A stretch of DNA of 64,000 bases from assembly GCA_973895155.1 (NCBI GenBank), contig OZ316892.1, forward strand, positions 30,543,328-30,607,327. The letters run 5' to 3'. Both the position numbers and the translations under genes were made by a program. The notes below the pieces were generated by a model. That model was not told the DNA's origin. It was given only the letters and a program-made list of their open reading frames with translations, and made no database searches. Each line of letters starts with the position of its first letter. Position 1 is the first letter of the stretch. The DNA is from Marsupella aquatica (taxonomy: Eukaryota > Plantae > Marchantiophyta). Positions 36,491-49,900 of the stretch are shown here, one piece after another.

Positions 36491-36843
36491 AGCATTATTA
36501 GCTTGCAACAGCCCGGGATTTGGGATAGCCACCGGGGATCTCCTTGGATTCATGCTAGACCTTGGTGGCAAGGAGGAGAAACCCTGCGAGGTGGCATTAT
36601 TAAACCTGATCTGTCACTCAAAATTTCTCGCACAAACCTTGATCTGTCAATTGCAATTCAGCTGAACTGAGCCCAGCTAACTGAGCCGAACTACGCTATT
36701 GCAAATTTGAACTACAATTCGACTGGGGATTGAATGCCAAACAGTTTCCTCAAAGCAGTAGTTCTGCTGATCCAATAGAGTTGAGCTAAATAAAGAGATC
36801 TGACTGCACTATGATAACGTGAGGATTCTCAAAAGCCACAACT

Positions 36844-39800
36844 TGAAGAAAGTATTTCTTTACTGAAAGAGAATACAATGCCAAAGGAGGCAGCGGGCCC
36901 CACAATAAATAGTCACGGGAGAGTTCTCTGGGAAGGTCCCAAGGAAGGTAGACCCGGAAGTAATCAATGGATCAAAATAGATCCCTAAATCCTACGTTGG
37001 CAGATCAGCCGCACTAAAGACCATAAAGTTACAAGTGATCCCGTAATATCCGGGTATCATAAGATTCTATCTGATGGCTGTAAATGATCTTGATTAAGGA
37101 ACGTAAACTGCTTTCTACACTCCCCCTCGTTCCTTAGTCGAAAGTGCAAAGGAACCAACAGAAGGATTCTGTCAAAACAAAGATAAGTCAATGATGCCAA
37201 TGTCTGCTCGATGTCGCTCAAATTTGGGTCGCGAAAGAGATTTGGTCTGTATGTCAGCAGGTTGCTCTTCTGCGGAAACATACTGCAGTTGAATCTCCCC
37301 CTCCAAAACTCGCTCGCGGACAAAGTGATGATGTACCTCAATGTGTTTGGTGCAAGCATGAAACACAGGATTTTTGGCTAATTTAATAGCTCCTTGATTG
37401 TCGCAAAAAATTGGGAGAGAGGAATTGGGAAGAGCAGACAGAATCTCAGAATCTTTGCAATGTACAAGAATTTGGCCATCAAGAATGAGTTGTAGTTCAT
37501 GCAGCAAACGATTGAGATATACGGCTTCCTGAGCACCATTAGAGAGGGACATGTACTCAGATTCTGTGGAGGATCTAGAAGTGGTAGCCTAGCGCTTGCT
37601 GTTCCAGGCAATTGGACTACCTCCAAGGGAAAAGATGTAGCCACCAACAGAACGTCTAGTGGATGGGCAAGCAGCCCAATCAGCATCAGTAAAGCCAACA
37701 AGATTAAGATGTGCTCCCCGGGAATAGATCGAGGATGCCGTAATCAAGAGTATGCTTGATATAACAAAAATATGACGGGTAGCTTGAAGGTGGTCAGTCC
37801 GAGGGGCTTGCATGAATCGGCTGACCATGCTAATTGCAAAAGAAATGTCGGGGTGAGTGTTGGTGAGATAAATCAACTTGCCAACCATACGACAATAAAG
37901 CTTAGGATCAGCTAGAGGAGCATTAGATTCAGCAGAGAGAGTGGTGCCAGCAGGAAGCAGTGTATGAGCAGGTAGACAATCTGTCATCTAAAATTCCTGT
38001 AGCATCTCAGAACAGTAACCTTGTTGGTGCATACTAATCCCGTGTTTTGTAGTATCAAAGTCAATGCCAAGGTATTTACGTATGGGCCCTAGATCTTTTA
38101 GACTGATCTTGGCACGAAGGGAAGCCTTGAGTGCTTCGATCTTGGAAGGGGAATTTCCAGTGACAAAGAAATCATCAACGTGGGTTAATAATAGTGTAAG
38201 AGTCGAAGCCATCACGAAAAAAATAGAGGTTCCCGTCAAAGGAACTACGCTGCCAGCCCAATGCACAAAGGATGGCATTTAATGTAATATACCAGGCTCG
38301 GGAGGATTGCTTTAATCCGTATAAAGAATTATTGAGTCTACAGACTAAATGCTCAGATCCATAAACAGCAAAGCCCGGAGGTTGTTTCATAAAAATGAGT
38401 TCAGTAAGTTTGCTATTGAGAAAAGCAGTGTCCACGTCCATATGAAAAGTAGTCCAGCCTTGTGATGCGGCAATAGCAGTGACAGCTCATAAAGTAGACC
38501 ATTTCACAACTGGCGCAAAAGTATCAAAAAAATCAATGCCATGTTTTTGGTAGTCTCCACGGGCTACAAGGCAAGATTTAGACAAGCATGAGTAGCACTG
38601 ATAGGTTTGCGTTTATACACCCATTTGCAAGGGATGGCATGTTTATCGGGGGGAAGATCAACTAGAGTCCACGTATTGCGCTTATGAATTTCCGTCAATT
38701 CTTCCTGCATAGAAGCGTTCCATCCAGGGTGAAGAATAGCTTGAGCAAGAGTGATGTTGTCACCAATGGGGTCATTGGTTTCAACCGCACATGCATTTAG
38801 AACGGTGGCAGATAGGTTAAGAACATAACCTTGAAGACTTACATTTGGAATGCTTGCACGGGTGGAGTGCTGTGGAGGAGGTGGGTCTAAGGGCAGAGTT
38901 GGAGCAGATGTGGAAGATGCCAAGTCAAGAGAATCTGGCGGAGAAAAAGATAGTGGGACGGATGAAGAGATTGGTGGTGCAGAAGGTGTTATGGGAGGGT
39001 TGCAACTGATTGTAGGAGAGATATATATCCAAAAAAATAGGAGTAGGAGTAGGAACAGAAGGGGAACAAAAATTGGTCTCATCAAAACGTACATCCCGGC
39101 TAATGAGTATCTTGCGTTGAGCTGGAGAATAGCAGCGGTAGCCCTTGGTTTGCTCATCGTAACCCACTAGTATTGTTTGCAAGGATTTGTTATCCAATTT
39201 GGAGCGAAGTTGAATGGGAATGTGGATGTAAGCAGTAGAGCCAATTATACAAAAATGGGACAAATCAAGTTTCTTACCATAGAGTTTCTGGTAAGGAGTG
39301 ATTTTGTGAAGAGTAGTGGTGGAACAACGATTCAGAATCTAGTTGCTGGTCCTGATCATCTCATGCCAAAGAAAACGTGGAAGTGAAGTACCAAAACGAA
39401 GACTACGGGCAGTTTCAAGAAGAGTCCGGTTCTTGCGTTCAGCCACACCGTTCTGATGTGGAGTGTATGCTGCAGTAAATTGATGTAGAATCCCATGTGC
39501 AGCACAAAAAAGGTGAAACTCATGTGACATGTACTCACCGCCACGATCAGATCGAAGACAGCCAATTTTCAGTTGAAATTGTGTTTCAATCATAGCCTTG
39601 AGATCTTGAAATCGATAGAATACTTCAGATCTGCTGGAAATATAGTAGATTCAGGTATATCTGGTGAAGTCATCGGTGAAGGTCACAAAGTATCTGGCGC
39701 CAGTAAGAGACTCAACCAAAAAAGGGCCACAGACATCTGAGTGAACAAGTTCGAAAGGTCGGGTGGTCATCAAATGAGAGTGCTTGGGAATACGCTCTCG

Positions 39801-42049
39801 TGTCTATTTGGCATGAGTACAATTGTTGCAGAAATGTTTGACCTGAGGTAGGATAGGTACCCCGTCGACTAAATGTTGGCCAGTCATAAAATGAAGTTTC
39901 TGGAAGTTCACATGGCCAATGCGTTTATGCCATAAATCAATTGTAGATGAAATATCTGAGTGAGCTACTGCTACATGACAACTAGGCCGTAATTTAGAAG
40001 GCAATAAAAGATTGTTCAAAGTATCAGAATGATGTGTGCGTGGTAGAGTGGGCCCTAGTTTATATAGACTATTCCTGGGGTCACGCGAGCCGCGCATAAA
40101 AATATGTCGGTTCTTGTCCACAACAAAAACATTCTTGGAATAAAAAATGACCGTATTGCCCAGATCTATAATCTTGCCTATTGATAGTAAATTCTTCTTA
40201 CTGCACGGCACATACAAAACATGTTTCACAACTTTATTCTTGTCAAAAGAGATGGTTCCCTTGCCCTTGATATCCAGCGCTGATCCCTCCAGCAGTGGTA
40301 ACAGAAGAGCCAGAGGTAACAGGTACAAAATTGGAGAGTGTATCTTTCTCTCCAGTGAGGTGAACACTAGCACCTGAATCAAGGAACCAATCACTACTAG
40401 TTCCTCCCGCTAATGCTGTAAGATTAGCTTCATGGTCTGATCAGAAGCAAACGGGTCAGTGACTTCGTCATCTTCGGCATCAACATATTCTTCACGGATG
40501 ACATCACCTTCTGCAAAATTCACTGTTGGTTTGTTGCTGCACATACGACTCAAACGGTTAGTAAGTTCTTGGATCTGAGATTCTAATGTCTTGCTGGGAC
40601 ATTCACGAGCATAATGGGATGGGTCTCCACAGAGATGGCAGACTCCACGTTGCTGTTGCTGGTTTCTTGGTTTGAAACCATTGCATCCTCCATGGCTGCC
40701 ATCAAAACGACCACGTCCACTGCTATCAAGACGGCCATCAAAACGGCCACGTCCAAGAGCAGAAAAACCTCCACGACCACGTCCAGAATTGGGAAAAAAT
40801 GCAGCAAGGGCTTCTTCAGTGTATTCAGGGCGATCTTTCCGCTTGTGCTCCTCAGCTAGAGCCAAATTCTCTAGTTGCATGTAAGTGGGAGTAGTCTCCC
40901 GGCCAGCAATCATGGTTCGGAAAACATCCCAGCTGGAAGGAAAGCATCCAAGACAATGTCAACAAGTTCATCGTTCTTGGGGGAGGCACCAACTGCTGCC
41001 AACTGAGCAAGCATGGTCCCCAAAATCCGAAAGTTCTCGGTCATCGACCGTCCTTCAGGAAATTTCATTGTAAGCAACTGCCGCCGAAGAAGTTGACGTC
41101 GCTCTGTTGTATTAGCTCCATATGCATGCTTTAATTCACTCCAAAGTGTAGCTGGTCAGTGACTTGAGTGTAGTGGCTTATAACAGTGTCCAAGATGGAT
41201 GAGGTCAAAAGAAACAACGCCTTGCGTTTCTTGACTCTCAGTTGAGCCCGTGTTAGAGGATCAGGTGGATCCTCATTAACATCGTCGTCTGGCTCGTCAG
41301 CGTCATCAGCAATCTCGTCGTCTTCTCCTTTAACCACATGCCAAACGTCTTTCTCTTCAAGAATCTGCTTCATGCGAAATGCCCAGATCGGGTAGTTAGA
41401 TCCGTCCAACTTCTCTTCCTTAGAAGTCATGTAACGATGCTCCATTGTGAGCTACTTCACGGTAATAGCTAAAAAGCTACACAGACAGCTTTAGAGGTTC
41501 ACGGAATATCTCACGTAAAGTTCTGAATCAAAGCTGTTGCTTTTGTCAGGCTGACATCAACGTCTAATAAAGATAGACACAGTAATAAAGACAAACGAGA
41601 CAAGGAATGTCTTGATTCTACTCAGTACGTCAACAACAGTGCTATAGGGCCTTGGCTCCTATAATTGCTCAACTTTCTACAGGGCTTTCGCTCCTGCTAC
41701 AAATCTGTATCTCAAATTACTACAGGGCTTCCGCTCCTGCTACAGGTCCACTAGTAGGACTGCTCTGATACCATGAAGAAAGTATTTCTTTACTGAAAGA
41801 GAATACAATGCCAAAGGAGGCAGCGGGCCCCACAATAAATAGTCACGGGAGAGTTCCCTGGGAAGGTCCCAAGGAAGGTAGACCCGGAAGTAATCAATGG
41901 ATCAGAATAGATCCCTAAATCCTACGTTGGCAGATCAGCCGCACTAAAGACCATAAAGTTACAAGTGATCCCGTAATATCCGGGTATCATAAGATTCTAT
42001 CTGATGGCTGTAAATGATCTTGATTAAGGAACGTAAACTGCTTTCTACA
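36844..42049 (-). mobile_element. Full-length Ty1/Copia LTR retrotransposon with near-identical LTRs and degenerate coding region
   Basis: 276-bp LTRs 36844-37119 and 41774-42049, TSD CAACT, PBS TGGTATCAGAGCA (41761-41773), PPT GAGGGGGAG. Gag (EKLDGSNYPIWAFRM), CCHC (CHLCGDPSHYAREC), WHKRIGH, LRSDRGGEY, SLYGLKQS and RNase H. Confidence 0.97.
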
Positions 42050-42659
42050 CAACTATCTGGCTGCATCACTCAGAGAATACATCCACACTTCATGACACTT
42101 CAATTGTCTCAAGACCCAATCGCCACGGCAACCCATTCAAAATGTTTTATGAGGAAAGTCTGAATTATTTGGGAGTCACTCCATGTGGAATGCCATGATA
42201 GTTTGGGTTGTGAGGGTTGTGCGTGGACAGTTCGGGTTCAGGTGACGAAGGGTGAAGGTTTGAGGGTTGAGATTTTAGTATTTTGGGTCGCCTAATGCAG
42301 GGTTCAAGGTGGAGGAGGGTTGTGGGTGGACAATATGGATTGAGGTAACGAAGGGTCAAGGTTTGGGTCACTCTGATGCGAGCGGTGCGTTGCTTATATT
42401 GTAACTAGCTCCAACTACCTGTACTTTGAACGTCAATAGAGATGAGGACCAAAAAGTCCTTGAGACACAATATATTTGATGAAATAATAAGAATTACCCG
42501 TTCTTTGAACATCAATAGAGGTGAGGACAAAAAAGTGCCGAAGACAGAAAAGACTCAATACAATAATAAGAGTAGTGTACATGAAAAGACAAAACCCCCC
42601 CTGAAAAATTTTTCCAGCAAGTGGGAAAGCTTGATGGCAACATGGTTAAAGTTGAGGAA

Positions 42660-42900
42660 GTTTGAGCTTAGGGGATTTGGTTGGGGGTTGAGGGAGTTTA
42701 GGGTTTAGGGAGTTTGGGTTGAGGGGGTTGGGGAGTGGTGTAGTGGGGGTTTAGGGATTTTGGGTTTGGCAGGTTTGGTTGTGGGTTGGGTTAAGGGAGT
42801 TGGGGAGTTGTGTGTTGGGGGTGGAGGGAGTTTGGTTGGGGAGGAGTTGAGGGAGTTTGAGTGGGTTGGGGAGTGGTGTAGTGGGGGTTTAGGAGAGGGT
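42660..42900 (+). repeat. G/T-rich low-complexity tract with degenerate telomere-like TTTAGGG units
   Basis: Repeated GAGGGAGTTT / GGGTTTAGGG / GGGGAGTGGTGTAGTGGGGGTTTAGG motifs, almost no C. Confidence 0.65.
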
Positions 42901-43079
42901 TCTAGTGGTGAAAGAAGGGAGTATAAAGGAAGGAAATTCTGCCAGATTCACATAAGCAGGACATAGTACCCAAGAATGTTTTCAGAATCCATATAAGAAA
43001 GGGGGTAACGTGACAGTAAATGCAGTTGAACAAGGATCACGAGAGATTGAAAGAATATAAAAGAATCAAAGTTATTATA

Positions 43080-43972
43080 ATCATGACAGACAATATTCAA
43101 ATAAGAGGAATTCAGGGAAGAGGGAGAAAGACCTCCCCTTACTTGCTATTATTGTGGGAAGCCCAGACATATAAGAGGGGCTAAGTGTGAATTATGGGTG
43201 CAACATAATAAAGAAAGAACCGAAGCACAAACTAAAGCACCAGTTAATCATGTAAGAATTCAGACAATGGATGTGAATATAGTGACTAGGTCACAACAGG
43301 TAGTCAATCATGTTAGCTCTACCGTCCACAAGTGGAGTACCGAGTACCAGTTGGGAACAATTGGACGCTCCAACACGAGACACAACAGAACAAATTTGAC
43401 AACATCAACAAAGGGAATTGCTGCCAAGACCAGAAAGATAAATGGGTTTGGATGATAGAATAGAAGATGGAGCTGAAATTTTAGAGTCTGATGAGAGTTT
43501 TAAAGAAGAAATCAGAGAGTCCTTTACACATGAGGAAGACCCAATAAGTGATGAATCATTAAGGGAGGAACCATTGAGAAGGGAACAAATTAGAGAGAAA
43601 AGTGAGCAAGAGATAATAAAGAAATTGGTAGAGGTTATTTCAAAGGCTAAAGTGGAATTAACTGTTGAAGAATTGTCACAATGCAGAGAAGCGGTGTTCA
43701 AGAAAATGAGTGAGGGAGCACAAGAGACAGCAGTACCAAATACCAGTGAGGTAAGGGAAAGGACAACTACAACAAGAAATGAAGAAGATAATCAGCAGGA
43801 ATTATCACGAACACCAACTTATAAGTTGGAAAAGACAATATTAGCTGATAAGGGAGCAATGGTACAGTTAAATAAAGGGAGCAATGGTACAGTTAAATAT
43901 AAAAAGAACCAAGGAACCAAGATTAAGAATGTATTATTGGATGGTGGTTCACCAGTTCATTTAATGAGCTAA
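43080..43972 (+). mobile_element. Ty3/Gypsy-like gag zinc knuckle to aspartic protease relic
   Basis: CYYCGKPRHIRGAKC knuckle at about 43144, Glu-rich linker, and IKNVLLDGGSPVHLMS protease-like motif, then truncated. Confidence 0.7.
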
Positions 43973-46900
43973 CAATCCTTGTAGAATTCACAATCTGCTA
44001 AGACTTACTTGTCGCAGTGGCTTCGGATTGCTGAATTGCTATAGTTGCTTCGCGGGGAGTTGGTATCGAGCTGTGCGTAGCTACATGCTGACGAATTCAG
44101 TGATCCCTGTTAGGTTCGCGTTACCACTTTTACACGGCCTCTCGTCATGTCCTTTGGGCAGAGAATTCCTAGCTATACTGGATGTTCTTCTGCGTTTCGA
44201 CCTTAGATTGCTGGGCAACTATACTTCTCACCTCTGAGCGCCCAAGGAAGCGGGACAGAATCTCTTTTTCAGCCCGGGTACTGTCCATCCTGGTTCAAGT
44301 CCTGCTCATTTCTTGCATGACGTCTCCTGCTGCCCGTCTCCTGATTTCCCGTCACAATCTGGATCAATTTTGTTGCCACTTGCTTCAACTTGTTGTTCTG
44401 AACGAATTGTCGAGCCTGCCCAATTTGCTACGTACACGGTCTGCATAACACTTGTTCACAAGTTCTTCTTTGAAGAAATGTCGTCAATTCTTCGTTTGGT
44501 ATGCAGGACACTTCAGTTGGAAAGGGTTCTTTCTTGGAGGGCGATAAATAAGAGCACTCGCGCCATAGTTTTTCAGAGGGCAATGTGCAGGTATGACGGT
44601 GGGTTGCTTTGGGGTTTGGATGGAAGATCTTCTCATACTTTTTCTTCTCAAAACTTGTAGTTTTGATTCTCAAGTTTTGATGGCAAAGCTGGGATGATTC
44701 GTAAAAGAGTCCAGCAGGAGGAATTGATTCTGGAGAAGATACCGCTACTGCTATGCTTCTAGGGCTTCCTCCAACTGTTACGCTGAGCTGAGATTCCTCT
44801 GCCCGGGCAAGGTTTCCCCAACAGAGCCTTCGCGTAATGAATATTCTTCCTTAGTCCATGGGAAGGAAAGATGAGACTTGAAATTTGACGGCTCTGCAAG
44901 ATTGCACTACTTAGACTGATTTGAACCTTTGTCAAACAGGTAAGATCGTATTTCTCAAAACTGTACCATTGAGCTCCGTATTCCCGGCACGGGAACGGAG
45001 CTGACTCGATGGAACTTTTGGATATGGACCGCTTTAGGCAACAGTCCTCAGCCAGGTATGATTAATTTTGTATGCATGTCATTTTGTTGGATTTGATGTG
45101 ACCAAACGACCTTGAGTACATTCTCAACAAAGACGTTTGATTTGCAGAGTTTATCCTTCATCTTCCGGTTTGATTGGTATTGGCATCCGCCATTGTTCTT
45201 GTACACGGCCTTCAGGTAATGAGACTGAAGAGCGATTTCAACGTTATGCGTACCTACTTTTAAACAGAAACTCTTGTTCCAGCACCACGGTGTGACATTT
45301 ATAGTTGCAGGAATTTCCTGCTATGAGGCTTATGTGATCAAGACTTGAGTTGAACTTCAAGTTTGATTCCTTTTTCGTGTTAAGAAGCACGGGGGGGGGG
45401 CGGGTGGGGGTTGGGGGGGGGAAGGGGAGGGGAGGGGAGGGGAGGCTGTTACATTCGTGTCGTATGTGTCTCTTCACGGATTGTATAAGAGCCAAGTTCA
45501 AGAATGATGGATAGCCTTTATTTCTGAATTGTAGGAGAGGGAGGGAAGCGCTTTCACGTTCATGTCATCTGTGTCTAATCACGATGGATTCTACAGATGA
45601 TGGCTAGGCTTTATTTCTATTAGTCTCTTTTCAGAAACCTGAGATTCTGGTTTGTGTACAGCGCAGAAAGGACAGTGTAGGCAACTTACAAATGAACGCT
45701 TGTCAAGATGCCCTAAGAGTCTGTCCTGTACACAACCCAAGGATAACATGTGACTTCTGGCTGAAGTATTTTAGTACCAATTCGATAGGCTCTTGACTCT
45801 GTGCTTTCTGTGGGTACAGTGTACGGGAGAAGGAACGAGCTTGTTGATACCTGGATATGCCTTTCACAATTATTTCAATATTCTATTCTAAGATCATTGC
45901 ATTCTTGACAGATAGCCGTTACTCTCAGTTGGAAAGGAGTCATTTAACTTTTGCAAGTTATCTGTACCAAAGATCACAGCAGAGCAAGGGAGACAAGAAA
46001 ATACATCTTTGGACGGAGGTAGGAATGCACCCTAGAACTCGAGAGGCTTACCGGTCTGCTATCCATTTCTGAACACTCATTGTAGAAAGATCACTGGAAA
46101 CATAGTCGTCAAGAAATAACTACAAATTCATTGCACCTCGTGGAATCTCCTGGATTTTATCCTGGTAGCAGATCTGATCGTGGGTTGTGGTGCTGACAGA
46201 GGAAGCCCAGAGCACCAGAGCTGAATCAGAAGTTGACAAGACTAGCACTTTGGGTGGATGGATGGTCAACCCCAGCGTGGGTTAAGGCAAGGGCGAATTT
46301 GGTTACGCACTGCAGATTTCCATCCAATGTTAGTTATTGCACGAGAGATCGGTCTCAAGTCACTGCAAAAGGGATTGGCAGTAGGCATATGCATCCTGGT
46401 AGCACGGGTCAAACAATTGCTATGTTGAAAGATCGTCTACAGCGAGGCATTGCTATAGACTCGTACACATATGTTAAAGTTCTGCAAATGTGCTTGCAAC
46501 AGAAAGACCTTCCAGGAGCCAAGCAAATTCATGATTGCATCATCGAGAGTGGAATTCACGAAAATCCATATGTGGCAATCACGCTTTTGAATGTGTATAT
46601 CAAATGCGGAGGTTTATCGGATGCACGTAGAGTTTTTGATCAAATTGAGAACAAGAGTGTTATTACTTGGACCAGCATGATTGCGGGATACGCTAGGAGT
46701 GATCATGCTGAATCTGCACTCGAAATTTTCAATCTAATGCGCCAAGAAGGCGTGAAGCCGAATGAGATCACGTATCTGAGCATCCTGAATGCATGTTCAA
46801 GCCCATTAGCTCTCAATTGGGGAAAAGAAATTCATCAGGGTATTCGACATGCCGGCTTTGAATCGGACGTGCGTGTAGGGTCTGCTCTCGTACTGATGTA

Positions 46901-49900
46901 CGCTAAATGTGGGTGCATCACCGAGGCAAGGAAAGTTTTTGAAAAGTTGACTAATCGAAATGTCATTACATGGAATGTTATGATTGGAGCATGTGCAGAA
47001 CGTGGTGATGGTGTGGAAGCATATCGACTATTCCTCCAAATGAGACGGGATGGCTTCGAACCAAATGCAATCACCTATACGAGCATCCTGAATGCATCCG
47101 CATGTGATGGGGGTTTGGCATGGGTGAAGCACGTTCATGGCCACGCTAGGAAAGCGGGACTGGAGTCAGATTTGCGTGTGGGCTCTGCGCTGGTTCACAT
47201 GTATGCAGAGAGTGGCAGGATAGGTGACGCCCGACTGGTTTTTGACAGAATGGAGAAACGCGATATAGTCACTTGGAACATAATGATCGGTGGACTTGCA
47301 CAACACGGAAGTGGGCATGAAGCTTATCGATTGTTTCTCCAGATGCGACGGGAAGGCTTCGAACCAAACGCAGTCACTTATGTGAGCATCCTGAACGCGT
47401 CTGCAAGTGCGGGGTCTTTGGAGTGGGTGAGGGAGGTTCATGGGCATGCTAGCAAAGTGGGACTGGAGTCAGACTTGCGTGTGGGCACTGCACTGGTCCA
47501 CATGTATGCAAAGAGTGGCAGTATAGATGACGCCCGACTTGTTTTTGAGAGAATGGAGAAACGCGATGTAATGACATGGACTGTAATGATCGGGGGACTT
47601 GCACAACACAGAAGTGGGCATGAAGCTTATCGATTGTTTCTCCAGATGCGACGGGAAGGCTTCGAACCAAACGCAGTCACTTATGTGAGCATCCTGAATG
47701 CGTCTGCAAGTGCGGGGTCTTTGGAGTGGGTGAGGGAGGTTCATAGGCATGCTAGCAAAGTGGGACTGGAGTCAGACTTGCGTGTGGGCACTGCACTGGT
47801 CCACATGTATGTGAAGAGTGGCATTATAGATGACGCCCGACTTGTTTTTGAGAGAATGGAGAAACGCGATGTAATGACATGGACTGTAATGATCGGGGGC
47901 CTTGCACAACATGGATGTGGGCATGAAGCATATCGAATGTTTCTTGAAATGAGACGCCAAGGCTTGGAACCAAATGAAATCACTTATGTGACCATCCTGA
48001 ATGCATCTGCAAGTGCGGGGGCTTTGGAGTGGGTGAAGGAGGTTCATGGCCACGCTAGCAAAGCCGGACTGGAGTCGGATTTGCGTGTGGGCAACGCACT
48101 CGTTCACATGTATGCGAAGATTGGCAGTGTAGATGATGCCCGACTGGTCTTTGACAGAATGGAGAAACGCGATGTAATCACATGGAATGTAATGATGGGA
48201 GGGCTTGCACAACATGGATCTGGGCATGAAGCATATCGGTTGTTTCTCCAAATGAGACGGGAAGGCTTTGAACCAGATGCATTCACTTATGCGAGTATTC
48301 TGAATGCATCTGCAAGTGCGGGGGCTTTGGAGTGGGTGAAGGAGGTTCATGGCCACGCTAGCAAAGCCGGACTGGAGTCGGATTTGCGTGTGGGCAACGC
48401 ACTCGTTCACATGTATGCGAAGATTGGCAGTGTAGATGATGCCCGACTGGTCTTTGACAGAATGGAGAAACGCGATGTAATCACATGGAATGTAATGATG
48501 GGAGGGCTTGCACAACATGGATCTGGGCATGAAGCATATCGGTTGTTTCTCCAAATGAGACGGGAAGGCTTTGAACCAGATGCATCCACTTATGCGAGTA
48601 TTCTGAATGCATCTGCAAGTGCGGGGGCTTTGGAGTGGGTGAAGGAGGTTCATGGCCACGCTAGCAAAGCCGGACTGGAGTCGGATTTGCGTGTAGGTAG
48701 TGCACTCGTTCACATGTATGCAGAGAGTGGCAGTATAGCTGACGCCCGACTTGTTTTTAACAGAATGGAGAAACGCGATGTAGTCACTTGGAACATAATG
48801 ATCGGTGGACTTGCACAACACGGATATGGGCAGGAAGCCCTGGAACTTTTCAGACAAATGAATGCAGACCATGTGAAGCCCACCGAGACATCATTCACAG
48901 CTGTGTTGTCAGCCTGTTCTCATGGAGGCCTTGTTGATGATGGCCGTAGAATCTTTTCTGCTATGACGCAAGATTATGGTATCGAGCGTACTGTTTTTCA
49001 CTATACCGTCATGGTGGATATTCTTGGGCGGGCGGGACACGTGGAAGAAGCAAAGCAGTTGATCAGTGAGATGCCGATCGAACCAGATGATGTAACTTGG
49101 ACAGCCTTGCTTGGGGCTTGTAGAACTTACGGTAACGTGGAGCTGGGTGAACTGGCCGCTAACGAGCTTTTCAAGTTGGAACCCGGTAGGGCCTCTACAT
49201 ATGTGCTGCTCTCCAATATCTATGCTGCAGCTGGGAAGTGGGAGAAGGTGTCATCTGTGCGCACTATGATGCAAGAGAGAGGTGTTCGGAAGGAGCCAGG
49301 ACGTAGCTGGATCGAAGTTCATAACAAGATCCATGAATTTGTGGTGGGGGATACATCTCACCCAGAAGCGGAGGCGATCTATACTGAGCTGAATAAATTG
49401 ACTGAAAAACTGAAGGCGGAAGGCTACATTCCGGATACCCAGCTTGTATTGCATGATATCAATGAAGAGGATAAAGAGCTAGCCCTTTGCTCTCATAGTG
49501 AGAAGTTGGCTATTGCTTACGGACTTATGCACCTACCTTGGGGAGAACCTATTCGTGTAAGTAAGAACATTCGGGTGTGTTCAGATTGCCACACGGCAAC
49601 CAAGTATATCTCTAAGGTGACCGGACGCGAGATTATTGCAAGGGATGCAAATCGGTTCCACCATTTTAAAGATGGAATGTGTTCTTGTGGTGATTACTGG
49701 TGAACCCAGATTGAAAGCTGTGTTGGGCTGGCTGGAAAGTGACTTCAAATCAGTAGTCACTGGCAGCGCAGATACAATCAGCTTTTGGGTCTCGCAATTC
49801 TGTAACATTATCTTTGAGATTCTGCAATTGGGGGTTGTACCTAGCCCGCTTCTGGCTGAAAGACCATTTCATGTAAGAGAAATGTCACGCAAGTTTCGTT

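Noticed and set aside
41761-41773. tRNA-complementary sequence as a tRNA gene
   Set aside because: It is only the 13-nt primer-binding site of the Copia element; no cloverleaf.
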